Of a stretch of 64,000 nucleotides of DNA, positions 11,666-24,392 are shown in pieces. A program made the translations under genes and the position numbers. Under the pieces are notes generated by a model. The model made no database searches and was not told the origin of the DNA. It saw only the letters and a list, made by a program, of their open reading frames with translations. How positions within the stretch are numbered: the first letter of the stretch is position 1; every line of letters begins with the position of its first letter. The DNA comes from Lama guanicoe (taxonomy: Eukaryota): positions 2,294,001 through 2,358,000 of the forward strand of contig MU053304.1 in NCBI GenBank assembly GCA_013239625.1, given 5' to 3'.

Positions 11666-14252
11666 TCATGTGTTGTCACGAGTGAGAGCTAAGAGATACT
11701 GACATCTCATTTTGGTCAAGATGCTTCAATATTTATTACATGAATTCAAGTCACTGTGTTTGATATAATTTACCAATCCTGTCTTAGAGTCCTCCTTTTA
11801 CTTTAAAAACTGATAATACAGTTTTAACTAACTTAACCAAACACACACACACAAACACCCCATTTTCATCAGTTCTAGTCTGTTTCTCATTCGTTTCTCC
11901 CTTGGTATCTTATCTGTAGAAAATGCATAGTTGACTCAAGGAGAGCAATTACTATGCTTCTAAGTTGGCTTTTTTGTTTTGTGTTTTAAGCTTAGGAATC
12001 TTGAAATAATTTCAAATTTATATTTAAAAAATCATTTTGACACTGAAGAAAGATATTAGTGTTATGTCTTTACATTGTAATTTCACATGTGGCTCCTTTT
12101 TGAAGTATGATCACCTTTTTGGTTTTTTGGCTACATCGCTTTCATGAATTTTTGAAGCTGTGGTAATGGAGCTTTTTTTCCTCTGTAGGCATATGTCACG
12201 GTCAGCAAATATATCTTAAGGACATGATAGAAGAAGAAATCAGATTCAGTCTCTGCCCTCATGGAGCGCCCTTCCCTTTTTTCTTCTTTTTTGTTTTTTA
12301 AACTTACTCTCAATTTAATTAACATAATGAATGTGATCCAAAGCACACCTACTGACTTGACATTCTTATCAAGTCTCTCGGAAAGTGCAGTAACGCTGAG
12401 GTCGAATGAAAATGAGTGACTGGCAAAGAGCTATCATTCTACAAACGTACTCAAGAAAGGTTCCCTGAAGAGTTCCCAGATGTGTGTCAGCAGGAGTGTC
12501 TGACGTGGGCATCTTCATGGTGTAACCAGCTTATAAATGTGAACATTCATTTAACCAGAAGGGACTCCCTTTTTCTCCCCACTAGCACTCACCTGAGTTG
12601 CAATCAGTAATGATACTGCGTGGTGTCTTCTCTGCCGGAAACCAAACAGCTGCTACGAGAAACCAAGACAAATGAACAAACCAAGGAAGACTGTTGAAGA
12701 GTTCCTGCTGTGAACTCATTTTTCTCTCTTTCCCAGAATCTGGTGTTGTCCACTAGTGAACTAGAATACTCTAAAGGTGGTGAGTAAGGATGCTGGATGT
12801 GTTTTGATTTCCCAAGAAGATACTCAGCAATATTCTATTGTATATTTGCCGTGAGATGATATGGTGTAGAGTAGGACTGGGAAATAGTTCCCCAGTATTC
12901 CGGTGTCCATGCGGAGAAGCAGCTCTTGCAAGTCCATGGGGGTGATGTTTATTCTGGTTACTCTTTACATTCAGCCGAGTGTAATTGACCTTGCGAATTG
13001 CATCCTGCCTCGGAGGAAGAAAGGCTCTGCATTTCTAATTGCCTTTTAATTCTTTTGTAAACATTTAGGTCAGCAAAATATCACTGTCCCATTTTCGATG
13101 CACACTGAAAAGTCATTTTAAGTATCTCCTGCTCCCATCTAGTTCTTAATGGATACAGGTAAAAAGCGCTGTGTCCATTCTCTGTGATCAGTAATTTTGA
13201 GATAAGCGTTATTCTATGTGTGAATTCTCAAATGCCTTCTCAACCTCTCTCTGGAGCATTGAAACAAAGCCCACACAGATGGTTCTTTAGGCTGACCAGT
13301 TCCACCGCCTAACAGAGTCTGCTGATAGCGTTTTAATCAGGCTCTCAGTCATTTGGTGATATTTCTAACAGACTATTTAGGTATTTTACTTGCTAAATCC
13401 TGATGCTTCATAAATAATTGTAGTTATTATAATATAAGGCATTTTTCTCACTCAGATTTAATTCTGTTTTCGGTGTTTATATTTTGCTGAAACAAGAAAG
13501 TGAAGGCTTGTTTGCAGAAGGAAAGAGCACTTGGCAGAACCAAAAATTTTTTTACAAAATGAGTCTTTCTATTAACTTTCGTGTTCTTCTGGGTTGTTTT
13601 TGTTTGTCTGTTGCTGGTTTAGCCTCAGTGGTATTCAGCACATCCTGAGGTCAGAGAAAATAATAATTTCTGTCTGTTAATGTTAAAGTTGTGTCTGTTA
13701 CTTTCCATGTGGAAAAAAACATCCTGGAAAAATACTGTGTCCAATGAAGGCAGTGATTCTTTGGCCAAATAGACAACTTTGCCTCTTGTTCCATCAAAGG
13801 AAGAAGCTTCTCTTCTGGTCGTGAACATTCAGGAAATATGGGTCTTTAATATTAGAGTGTATTAGAGGATGGACCCCTAGGGACCCTGATGTGAATTTGT
13901 TTTAGTCATGCCACAGTGTAATTTATTACCCTGGAAATTGATTTGAGTAAGAAGTGTGTGAGCATCTTTTGACTCTCAGATTGCTTGGTGGTTGTAATGG
14001 GAAAGGGAAAAAAAGAAGCAAACCAGGTGAAAAGGATTCATTTCATTCTGGGCTGTAGTCAGAGATAGATTGTGATTTTTTAAAGAGATTCATTTATATG
14101 ATAGTATGCTGAGGCCTTATTAATGTGCTACATCTACTATTTCAGACTCCAGTTTCTTAATGAGAGATCAATTAATTATTCAGATGACTCTCCCCAGAGA
14201 GATATGTTCAGAGGTCAAAGACAAGTAGGTAGTATGCCTCGCAGAAGACAAA

Positions 14253-14415
14253 GTGTATCAGTTATCAGTGGCCACAATGTTGCTACATAACAAATCATCC
14301 CGAACTCAGTTGCTGGTAAACAGCAGTGTTGTGAACATACATGGCCAAGGGTTTGGCCATTAGTTGAATCAGTCGGTCTCCCACAGGGTAGGTCTTTCTC
14401 TGTGGCTTTCATTCC
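14253..14415. mobile_element. MLT1-type LTR fragment
   Basis: tgtatcagttatcagtggccacaatgttgctacataacaaatcatcccgaactcagt is an MLT1 terminus-like sequence. Confidence 0.55.
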
Positions 14416-14619
14416 ACTACATTCTTACCCTTTGATTCATCTGGATTTGGGAACTATGAGACAGATTCCTGAGAGCAACCACTGAGATTTCATTGTGAAC
14501 GAGGAACAGTATCTCTGAATAGATATGCTCTACCACTCAAAATAACTAGATTGTGTGCAGAACACAGATAACTTGCCTCTTCTGGTTAATTAAGAGTTCA
14601 CTGGAATTGGAGATTTTTC

Positions 14620-14815
14620 TGGATTTGAATTCCAGCTCTTAACAACGAATTGCGTCCACTTGGGCAAGCCACCCAGCTTCTTCAGCTTCTTAGCCTCAGC
14701 TTGCTCGTATGTGAACTGAGAACCTTGACTCACAAGATTAGAGCCGAGTGTTATACCCTGTGTGGAAATGCTTTGCATTCTTTTAATGGGCTCACAATGA
14801 GTTATCATTATTGCA
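14620..14815 (+). mobile_element. MIR SINE
   Basis: ctggatttgaattccagctct...ttgggcaagcc...gcctcagcttgctcgtatgtgaa. Confidence 0.65.
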
Positions 14816-17587
14816 ACCAAGCTGTGTGCCTATAAATGTTCTAACCCAGCATCTATGTCTATATTCTCAGGGCTTATTCTGGTTTTTAGTACCAAATGGG
14901 TAGATACAGTGGTAAGTTTATTTGGTGAGGTATAAGCACGGTGTTGTCTTCAGTTTATCACGTGCTGTATTTTGAGCATTGAACCAAATATGTATTATAT
15001 GTACAGACAACTTGAAAGACATCAGTATTTGGTTTCCTTTTAGTTTGATTCTGTGAGCAGAAGAAACCATAGTTATGGTCAGAGTCGATTTCTAATTATC
15101 TGCATGTAGATTGTACCGGAAGCAACACTACCTTTATCCATTTCCTGACAACATTTTCTCCTCTGCTTATTTTTTACTTCCCTCTTTTCAATGGTGGCTT
15201 AGCAGGACCCATGGAAAGTCTTCTAAACATGTTAACTGACCTTTGTTTATCTTACCCTCTTCCTCCTCAGGGAAGGTTGAAGCAGAGAGATAAGTCTCAG
15301 GTGGCCTGGTGTTTGGCATCCTTCTCAGGAGGGCACGTGTTCCTGCGGCGCAGGGAGGAGTTGCAAAAGGTAGCGCATGTCAGTCAGCAAACTAAGTTGC
15401 TGGAGATGCTTTGCCTCTCTTCTCCCTGTCCCGGGCGTCTGTGCAGGGTCTCACAGTTTACTCAAGATCTGTAAATTTTGTAGGTGTAAGCACCAATCGT
15501 GAATGAGAAACATAAAAGAGCACGAGAGTGAGTTAGGAATTACTTACAGCACGTATTCAGTAACCACGTCTGGTCCATCATTTTCTCTGAAGAGTCTGGT
15601 TTCCTCCCTTCTCTCCACCGCACAGATGCTGACCTCTGTCCCGCACAATGCCTTTGTCCTCCAGGGTAAGTTTCTGAAAAGGCAAAATCCTGACTTGCAG
15701 GCAGGCATAAAATGAACAAATGTTCTGAATATATGATACTCATCAACCAGTGAGGGAACCAGGCAGAAGTAATAGCCAGTTCAAGAGAGAATGTGAAGAC
15801 CAGGTTTACTGATAGATCAGGAATATTGAAATGAATGTACAAATGGAGCCAAAATCCGAGGGGGTGGTAGTGGGCATGGGAGTTACTCGGATAACTTCTG
15901 GACAGGACAGAATTTGTACATCTTTACACAAAAATTATTTTGCATTGCTATCACTTACCTACAACTCAGAGTCGTGAAATTCTCCCATAGACCCAGAGTC
16001 CAATAACTCAGAAGGCTGTTCTCTAGAGTCCGGACAGTGCATAATTTTCCACTGAGGCACAGTGTTTTTCTCTATGGCTGGCTGGTCCCATTGTGGTTGT
16101 CTTTGACCCCCTCTGTCAGATTAAACTTCCACGAACATTGCTTCCATCATTTGACCACCTCTGCCAAATTTTCTTTGGCTTACTGACATTGATACTATCT
16201 AGTCTGAACTCTTACCAGTCATCAAGTTCTTTCATAATCTCTTACATCTCCAGCATTGCGTGCCATTTTTCTCCAAAACACAAACCCTGTTTTAGTTAGA
16301 CAACCTTCTGCCCTCCACACGTGCTCGGGTTTAATTCCTCAGCCGAACCTTCTGCAGAATCTCTCTCTTTAAATCTGTTCAACCCTTTGTTGAACAGGGC
16401 CAGTTCACCTCAACTTTGTTAAACTTTGTCTCTTATGACCTATGTTAGGTATGTAGGTTGTACCCAACAACCCGTCAGTTAATGATCTGCTATTTTGTAT
16501 TATCAGGGATCACTTCCTGTTTGTCAATTCCAACTTGACTGCAAACTCTTTTTCAGTCACATCTAACTTGCCTAGAACTTTTACGACCATTTAAAACCCT
16601 CCATTGTATACTTTTTCATCTTGATTACCATCCATTTGTATTATTAAAACAAGAATTGAATAATTGGGAAGAGATGGAGAAATGTTTCATTTCTGAAAGT
16701 TATTCTAAGGTTCAGTGGACAATTTCTGAATCTTAATCTTAAAACCTTCCCCCAAGAGATCCCAAAATCTTGGTATGGGTCTGCCTCAACTGATTGCATT
16801 GTTGTTTTTTTTTTTTAATACTGGTTTAACCTTGAAAAGAATGTATTTCTTGGGAGCAGACAGTTTACTAATGTTCTGTTAGACTTTTGTGGGACAGGTT
16901 TTTGTTGCTCCAGATCATAGTTGACTAAAATGCCATTTAAAATCATTTACTTATGGAAATACAGTTTTCATGATGATTATTGTTGGCATACATAGAAGAA
17001 TAAAAGTTGTTTGAGACAAAGATGTGTTTAAGTTGTAGAGCCCTTTATTAAACACAGTTCCCACTTATAAAGAAAACTTTTAAATTGCATAAAGTAAAAT
17101 GCTGCTCGTTTCTCCTTCTTAGTCCTTTTAGTCCATTATTATTCTCAGGGTCCCAGCTTCTGAAATGGTTACTGAATGCCTTTTCCCTGACATCAGTTAG
17201 GTGCCGCATAACCTCCAGGTAGTTCTTAGTTCAATTTTTCTTCCTGTTTGAAATGAGCATTTCCCACAGGTCAAATCAGACAATGGATAACCAAGTAAAT
17301 CTATTCCATGTACAAGGGCTTCTGGAGAAGAAAATGGCCCAACACATAAATCTGTCTTCAAAGCCTTAAGTGCTTTATTGATCTCCATTTGTTGAAAGAG
17401 AGGCCCTCGAAGCCAAATCCCAGCAATTAGGCCGGAAGGCCCTTGGTCATAAGCAGAAACAGTCAATCAGCTCTTCAGAAGAGTAGAAACTTATTACAGA
17501 ATCTTATGGTTTCTAAAGGTATTCATTAAAATAGTACTGTCTTTAAAACAGAAAATGTAGCTGGAGAGTTTCTCCCCATGTCCAGCA

Positions 17588-17726
17588 TCATATATATATA
17601 TACACACATATATTCATGTATGACCAAAGCATTCTGCTGTACACTAGAAATTGACACAACATTGTAAACTGACTATACTTCAATAAAAAATACAAAAACT
17701 AAAAACTAAAAAAATAAATAAAAATT
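17588..17726 (+). mobile_element. 5'-truncated L1 3' end with poly(A) tail (cetartiodactyl-type)
   Basis: tgctgtacactagaaattgacacaacattgtaaactgactatacttcaataaaaaa followed by an A-rich tail. Confidence 0.85.
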
Positions 17727-18631
17727 ATAGGGACCCAGAGAGTCCAGAAGAGTAAAAAAAAAAAAAGACTAAAATTCCTATGACAAAAACATTCTCACAC
17801 GTACGTGTGTATTTGTCTGTCATCTTTTTCCAGCACCCTCAAGAAGATGATTTCCTATCTGTCCATTTTTTCTGGGTCGTTGAAACCTTTGGAGCCACAA
17901 GGATTAACACATAGACATTAGGTTAATTCCTAGTACTGAATATTTAGACATTGTAATATTGTTAAATTGCTTTAGCAAAATGATCCTTTGCTAATGGATG
18001 TGGAAACAGCCCGCGTTCTCTGTGTGATCAGCAGTGGGAGCCTAAGCCAGGAAGACTCCAAGCTTTCATGGGACTCTGAGCCCACACGTTTCTTGCTGAG
18101 CTGGAGACTAAAGGATGCTCCTGACTATCGCTGGGCAGCGAGAGCCTTTCTGAAGGAAATTGTTTAGTCGCTCTGTCTGTAGACACGATGGGAAGGATTT
18201 CTGCCAGTGCTACAAGAGAGAAATGTTACCTACCAAATGGCCTAGAAAGCAGGGAGAAAGAGGATTTAGGAACTGGAGGAGAAGAATCCAAGCTGGACCC
18301 GCAAGCTGTGGTCACATCAGTTTGTAATGATCCTAAAGGCAACCTCCTCCAGGTCTGGGTTTTTTTCTTAAGGTGAGACTTTGTAATGTACTGGACATTT
18401 ATTCTCATTTAACTTTCTCCTTGTCACAACCCAATACTGTAGGTATTATTTTTTGTATTGCATAAAGGACTGTTAGTTTCGATTGTCTTTTTTTTTTTCC
18501 CATAGCTTTGGTCTGAGCTTCTGACACAGCGTAAAAAGTGCAAACATTTGTTAAAGGAATCCTCACTTTGTAGATAAGGAAACCAAGATTGAGGAATTTC
18601 CCCAAGACCATGTACCAGTTAATTAGCCCAC

Positions 18632-18906
18632 CTCCCTGCTATAAAATCCATAATTCAAATAACAATAAGGATTCAAATATCTTAGTATTCCAAAGCTGTT
18701 TTTTTTTGCATATTTGTCTGTTTAAATGGCATAAAAATTTCTCTGTTTCCAACTCCCTGCTATAAAATATAATATAATTCAAATATAATTTGAAATAAAA
18801 AAATATAATTCAAATAACAATAAGGATTCAAATATCTTAGTATTCCAAAACTGTTGTTTTTTTGCATATTTGTCTGTTTAAATGGCATAAAAATTTCTCT
18901 GTTTCC
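18632..18906 (+). repeat. Tandem duplication, 119 bp copy and 154 bp copy
   Basis: Copies 18632-18750 and 18753-18906 both begin ctccctgctataaaat and end aaaatttctctgtttcc. Confidence 0.95.
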
Positions 18907-20789
18907 TTTTTGTTGTTGTTGTTCCTTTTCTTTTTGTAAAATTCTGCGGACAGTTTGAGCTTATTTGCTCCATGCAGGAGGAAGAAAGAAAGGAAGAGGC
19001 GTTTGCACATGAAATAGCCATTAAGTTGGACAAGAGTTCAACTGTGGTGATAGTCAGGAGTGTGTGTTGAGAACCCTAGAAGAAAGTTAGAAACCTGGGG
19101 ACACTAGAGTCAGACCACTGTTTCGGTAGGCTCTCCTGCCTACCTTCTGTACCAGCTTTTCTCTTATATTGTATGCACCGCTGACCTGATGGGTTTCTAA
19201 TCCATTGTGCGGAGCAAATGATTATTTTCTTCATAGAAAATGTTAACAGGTGCTCACAAAACTTATGATTTAAAGAGCAGTGATTGACATTTAAGCATGT
19301 GAATTTTTGTCTTCAGTTACGACCCTTAGACCACCGCCATGCTCATCATGGTGTCATGGTCATGGCTCACGCCTGAGACAGACTTCAGTGACTTAGTTGC
19401 AGGCTCACTGCAGGTTTGAGATGGGACACTGAAGGGCTTGATGGATTGTGGCCAGACAGGAGTGTCTCTGAAAGGGTCCCGCACAAGGATATGCACACAG
19501 CGATATTTACATGGCGCCAACATAGTGTGGCCTCAGCTTCATGGGACTTTTCCAAATCCACCATTATTTGGTAATCACCATGCTGAGACCTGAGAGTGTA
19601 CTTTTCAAGCAAATATTTGGAAAGATGGTCTTTTTAGAAAGGAACTATTAAGGGCCAATGACTTGATTCAGCACAGTCCAAAAAACCGTCCAGATGTATT
19701 GTTGGTCTCACCCCAGGATGATGGATTTGCTGCCACAGTGGTTCTGAGCCCTTTATTTTCCAGTTTAGAGATTTTCCAGATTGATGCTGTGTTAGGACTG
19801 TGCTGGAGAGGCTCTGTGTTTGACAGCGAGAGAACTCTCCAAGGTTTTCATCAGTCATGGCCCTCATTGTGCATTGTAATACGGGAGGAGGGAGACGTGA
19901 AGCTAATGGCTGCTGCCCTAATGGGGGATTTCACAGACAGGGATGCCTGCCTTTCGTGCATTGAAAACAATGTCTCTTATCTTGCTTCAGGGAATGCACT
20001 TCTGTCAAGATTCACAAAAATATAACCTAGAGAAACTGGAGGTGTCATCTTGGAGAAGTTCTAGAGCCAGATGACTTACTGTTTTGGCATTCTTTCATAT
20101 TTTCCCTTTTCCATAATTAACATTTATAGAATTTTGACTGTACAATTATACATGGATAGGTGCATGTAGGGGTATGAATATATATCAATACTTACATGTA
20201 TACATGTATATATAGTATATATCTCAGCATGTGAATTGTTTTCCTAAGATCATGATAAACTAAATTGATTGTTAGAGAATTAGAGAATTCTGGGAAATTC
20301 TGCTTCCAGGCAAAGGCTACTCATGTCATTGTAATGAAGCAAATTGTTCACAGAGTTATGCGTGTTCTTTGTAGATGATTTTTTTGCTTTCCCCTACTCT
20401 GATCGAATTTGAAAATGGAATGCATATAGTTAGAAAGTTTCTTAGGATCTTCTGAATTGTAGAAAATGAATTTCAGGATCTCTGAGATGTTAAACTTGGG
20501 AAAGAAATCAGAATATGCCTCGTATCATCTTTTCGTATAGGAAGCTCTTGGTTATCAGTTACCTGAGCTGTTGATAATGGCTCCGTGGGTGACACAGAAG
20601 TTGTTGAAATGCGTTTGGCTGCTTATGTTTGCTCATGGGTGCGTTTCTGATGTTTTGGAATCAGCCTGCATTTTAAATAAATAACCTTGATTGCCATTGT
20701 CAACAATATTATTCATCATTGTTGTGGACATATTGGTCAGTGGAGAGAGATGTAAAACAAAGGGCGATACACATATTGAAAAGAAAATA

Positions 20790-21125
20790 AACCACCCTCT
20801 GTAGAAGCAAAAAGGAACAAGGAAGTTGAACATGTCATTCATCAAGGAAGAACTAAAGATTGCCAATAAACATACAAAAAATTAATCTTACTAACAATAA
20901 AAAAACAGGATAGCATTTTTCATCTGCTAAATTGGCAAAGATGCTAAAAACGATGATCATCAATGTTGATAAATGTCTGGTATATGGACGGAATCTCATA
21001 CATAGCTATTGGGAATAAAAATTGGCAAGATGTTTCTAAAAGGTAATTTAAAAATATACACCAAAATCTTAAAAACAGTCATATTCATCACTGCCGTAGC
21101 TCTACTGCTAGGAATTTCCTATAGG
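20790..21125 (+). mobile_element. Ancient L1 (L1M-type) fragment
   Basis: gaagaactaaagattgccaataaacatacaaaaa...aaattggcaaag...tctactgctaggaattt, L1 ORF2 3' region motifs. Confidence 0.7.
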
Positions 21126-21255
21126 CAGTGTGTCGTTTCTTCTTTTGCATTGCTTAATCCTTTTGAGAATCAGCTTACAGTGATGATTCCACTCCTGGGA
21201 AAATGCAAATGTACAATCAAGTTTGCATTTAATTTCTTGGGTCTTGTGGTGTTTG
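21126..21255. mobile_element. hAT-Charlie MER fragment
   Basis: ccttttgagaatcag...ccactcctgggaaaatgca...tttgcatttaatttc resembles old Charlie-family MERs. Confidence 0.45.
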
Positions 21256-22299
21256 CCAAACTCCAGCCAAATGACAACACCCTATATTGCAATATTAATT
21301 TTGCATGACACCCAAAATACTGTTACTTTAAAAATGATTTAAAAAATCATAAAACAAAATCTGTAAGACATCATATTGAGTAGATTTCATGTATAAAACT
21401 GCAAAATGAAACATAAAGTAAGATCTGACATTTATAAAAATTAAAAACTAGCATAGCACACCTGAGCATTTCAGTATATGTCATCCATTACTTGCTACTT
21501 CTCTGCGTCCCTTGGAGTCCGCGGAGCTGGTGGGGTTTCAGCCGCCTCCTGCCCTGGTCAGCGTCCCTGCGCGGTGCTCTCAGAATCTGTCTTTGGGCTG
21601 CTGCTCTTCTTTACCCAGGGCTTTTGAGTGGCAAGTTTTGCTTTGTTCCCTCTTTCTTATCAAGGAGACATGTTTATGAGAGAATAAATAAATGCCAGCC
21701 CTGGATGGATCTAACTGCCCTTTGTGATTGAGAGACCTGCCCCCTACAGGGGGTCCCTCCCACTAGGACCAAGGGCTGCAGGGTGGGATCCACGTGGGTA
21801 GGAACAAAGTCTGGTAGTGAAGAGGGCTGAGATACATTCGTGGTCCTAGTCCAAAAGGACCCTTAGATCAAGGGCTCTCTAAGACTTAAGTCCATGAGAG
21901 GGTTTTTTAAATGAGAGGAAAGTCGCTAGACCCTGTTCCCTCTAGCGTCAACTGTTCATTCACACCCAGAAAGAGACTGTCTTAGAGGTATAAAATCCTC
22001 ACTCCTCATGTCATAGCGGGAGTAATCTGCCCCTATAGGGCTCACCCTGAAAAGCAGAATCCGTTTAAATCACAGTATGTGTCATAAGGGGACCTTTTGG
22101 TTTCTTTATATCCCCAATCTTAGTATGTAGAGTCTAGTGCTTTTTTTTCCCCCCTTTTGTGGTTATACCATCTCTGGCTGAGATCTTGCACCAAGTAGAG
22201 CAGAGCCTTGAAATCAAGCCATTCACAAACCTTTGCTCAGGCACTTGAGAGGGAGAGTCTGAAGGCAGATCCCATTTTGATTCAAAGAGGTGGTAAGAG

Positions 22300-22445
22300 A
22301 GGCCCTGAACAGCTAAGCTTTGAGTCCAGACTGCCTGTGTGACCTCTGCCCCAGTGACTGAACCTCTGTGTCTCAGTTCCCTAAAGAATGAGAACAAAAT
22401 TGGGAATGAAAGCAGGACTCATCTCCCAAGGCTGCTGTTAGTTAC
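22300..22445 (+). mobile_element. MIR SINE
   Basis: gagtccagactgcctgtgtgacct...aacctctgtgtctcagttccc. Confidence 0.65.
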
Positions 22446-23948
22446 CACTCCATGGATGCTAGGCGGTATTTTTATTTTCATATTGTGGATGAGACCTGTA
22501 CATAAATAATTAAAAGTCTTAACTAGTTCATTTTAACTTAATTTCCTGGTGGCATAAAAACTGAATATTATCTTTTTTTTTTAAATTTCATTCTGTTTTT
22601 ATTTCTTTTTTTTTTCCTAATCAGATTATTACTTAGTGAAGTATTGGCTTCAGTGAAGAGGATTGAGCTTTGTTTTGTTTTTATCTTATCGTGGGGTCAG
22701 GAGGCCATCTGTACCTGGCTGAACTGGGGCCCAGAAGTAATTAATACAAAAATGGCTTCCCTGCCCGCCCTCCCCCAGTGTCTGGGTGCTTCCAGTTTGG
22801 AACCAGAGTGAGGTGGGAAGCCTTCTTTGGGTATGTTATCCAGGAAGGAAGTGGAGGAGGATGGCTTGATCTGCTTCTAGTCCAGACCTTTGGCCTGGAT
22901 TTGAATTCCTTTTGCTGGAAGAGTGTGGATCAGATAGAAAGATCAACTCAAGAGAGACTGCACTGCTCTGGGTACAAAATGCAGCTGTGTAGGTCCCAGT
23001 GACCAAGGGTGGCCCAGAGAAGGAGAGAGGCCCTTTTCCCAGGTTGACTCTAATCCTGGATGGTTCTGGAAGCCCATGGTTGAAAGCTGGGCAGTGCTCT
23101 TGGCGTGAACGTTGATGGTCCCCTCGTGGACATGAAGGTGCTCCAGAGGCTTGCGTAGCAGTGAGTGGGAACTAGTGAGATCAGAACTGGGAGTAAGGAT
23201 GCAGGGATGCCACGTGGCTAATGGCAGAGTTTTGGGGTTTAAGTGGCATCTCCTTGGGGACACCTCCAATCACAGTTCTTTTATTGGGAGCTATTTTGCA
23301 GCGATCAAGGTCGTCGGAGATCTTGCCACCTTAATTTTGGTGTAAATAAGCTGAGTTCATGTTTTTATAACTGCAGTCTGGGGAGGTGTGGGAAATTTAA
23401 GTCTCATGTGATATTGAGAGGAAGTAGACTGGACTGTAGATCAGGTTTAAGTTGGTGGATTTCCTATACATTTTGAAAGCAAGATGGCACCATCAAATTA
23501 TAAATTTCTTGTCTAGACCAAAATAGAACAGAAGGATCAGACAGTATGGAGGTTGAGTCTTTCCTTGAATCTAGGCTTCTAGTTAGAAGAATAAAAATCT
23601 AACTTGTCTTCTGCTTTGGGAGGAAGATTGGAGGCAATGATGAAATTAATTACTTTAGGGGTAGTTTTTCATTATCTGGGGCTTAAACTGTATTCTTATT
23701 TCATATTTTTTCTGAAAGACAATTAAGACGAAATTAAGATTGGTCTCCGTAAGATTTAGCCAGGTCTATTAATTTTCCCATGGTAAACATCAATGAAAAG
23801 AAAAACTGCGTCCTGTTTCCTTGTGCCACAAAGTGCATTTTCTCAGTCACTTTCTCTCGCAAGTGCGTACACATGCATGTGCATTCTCACACACGCGCGC
23901 GCACACCACACATTTCTAATTTAATGATGCTGAAGTTTGCTTTATTGC

Positions 23949-24392
23949 TCAGCCACAAAAAAGAATGAAACCTTGCTGTTTGCAACAGCATGAATGGACT
24001 CGGAGGGTGTTCTGCTTAGTGAAATAAATCAGACAGAGACAGCTGCTGTGCGTTATTACATATACGTAGAATCTAAAATCTCAAACAAACTGTGAATATA
24101 ACCAAAAAGAAACAGATTCGCAGATATAGAGAGCAAACTGGTGGTCACCTACAAGTGGGGAGAGGGAAGGGGGCAGAGGCTGGATGGCATAGGGGATGAA
24201 GCAGTACAAACTCCTGTGTATAAAATAAATGAGCTACAAGGATATGTTGCACAGCACAGGGAATATCGCCAATGTTTTATAATAACTATAAATGAAGTAT
24301 AGTCTTTAAAAGTTGTGAATCAGCCTATTGTACACCTAAAACATATAATACTGTAAATAAGCCACATCTCAATAAAAAGTAAATTAAAAAAT
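23949..24392 (+). mobile_element. L1 3' end (L1MA-like) with poly(A)
   Basis: cagccacaaaaaagaatgaaaccttgctgtttgcaacagcatgaatggac...agtgaaataaatcagacagag...acagcacagggaatatcgccaat...ctcaataaaaag. Confidence 0.9.

Noticed and set aside
18632..18906. CRISPR-like array or other prokaryote-type system here or elsewhere in the window
   Set aside because: Only two-copy duplications without unique spacers. The window is mammalian intronic and intergenic DNA with no operon-like ORFs.
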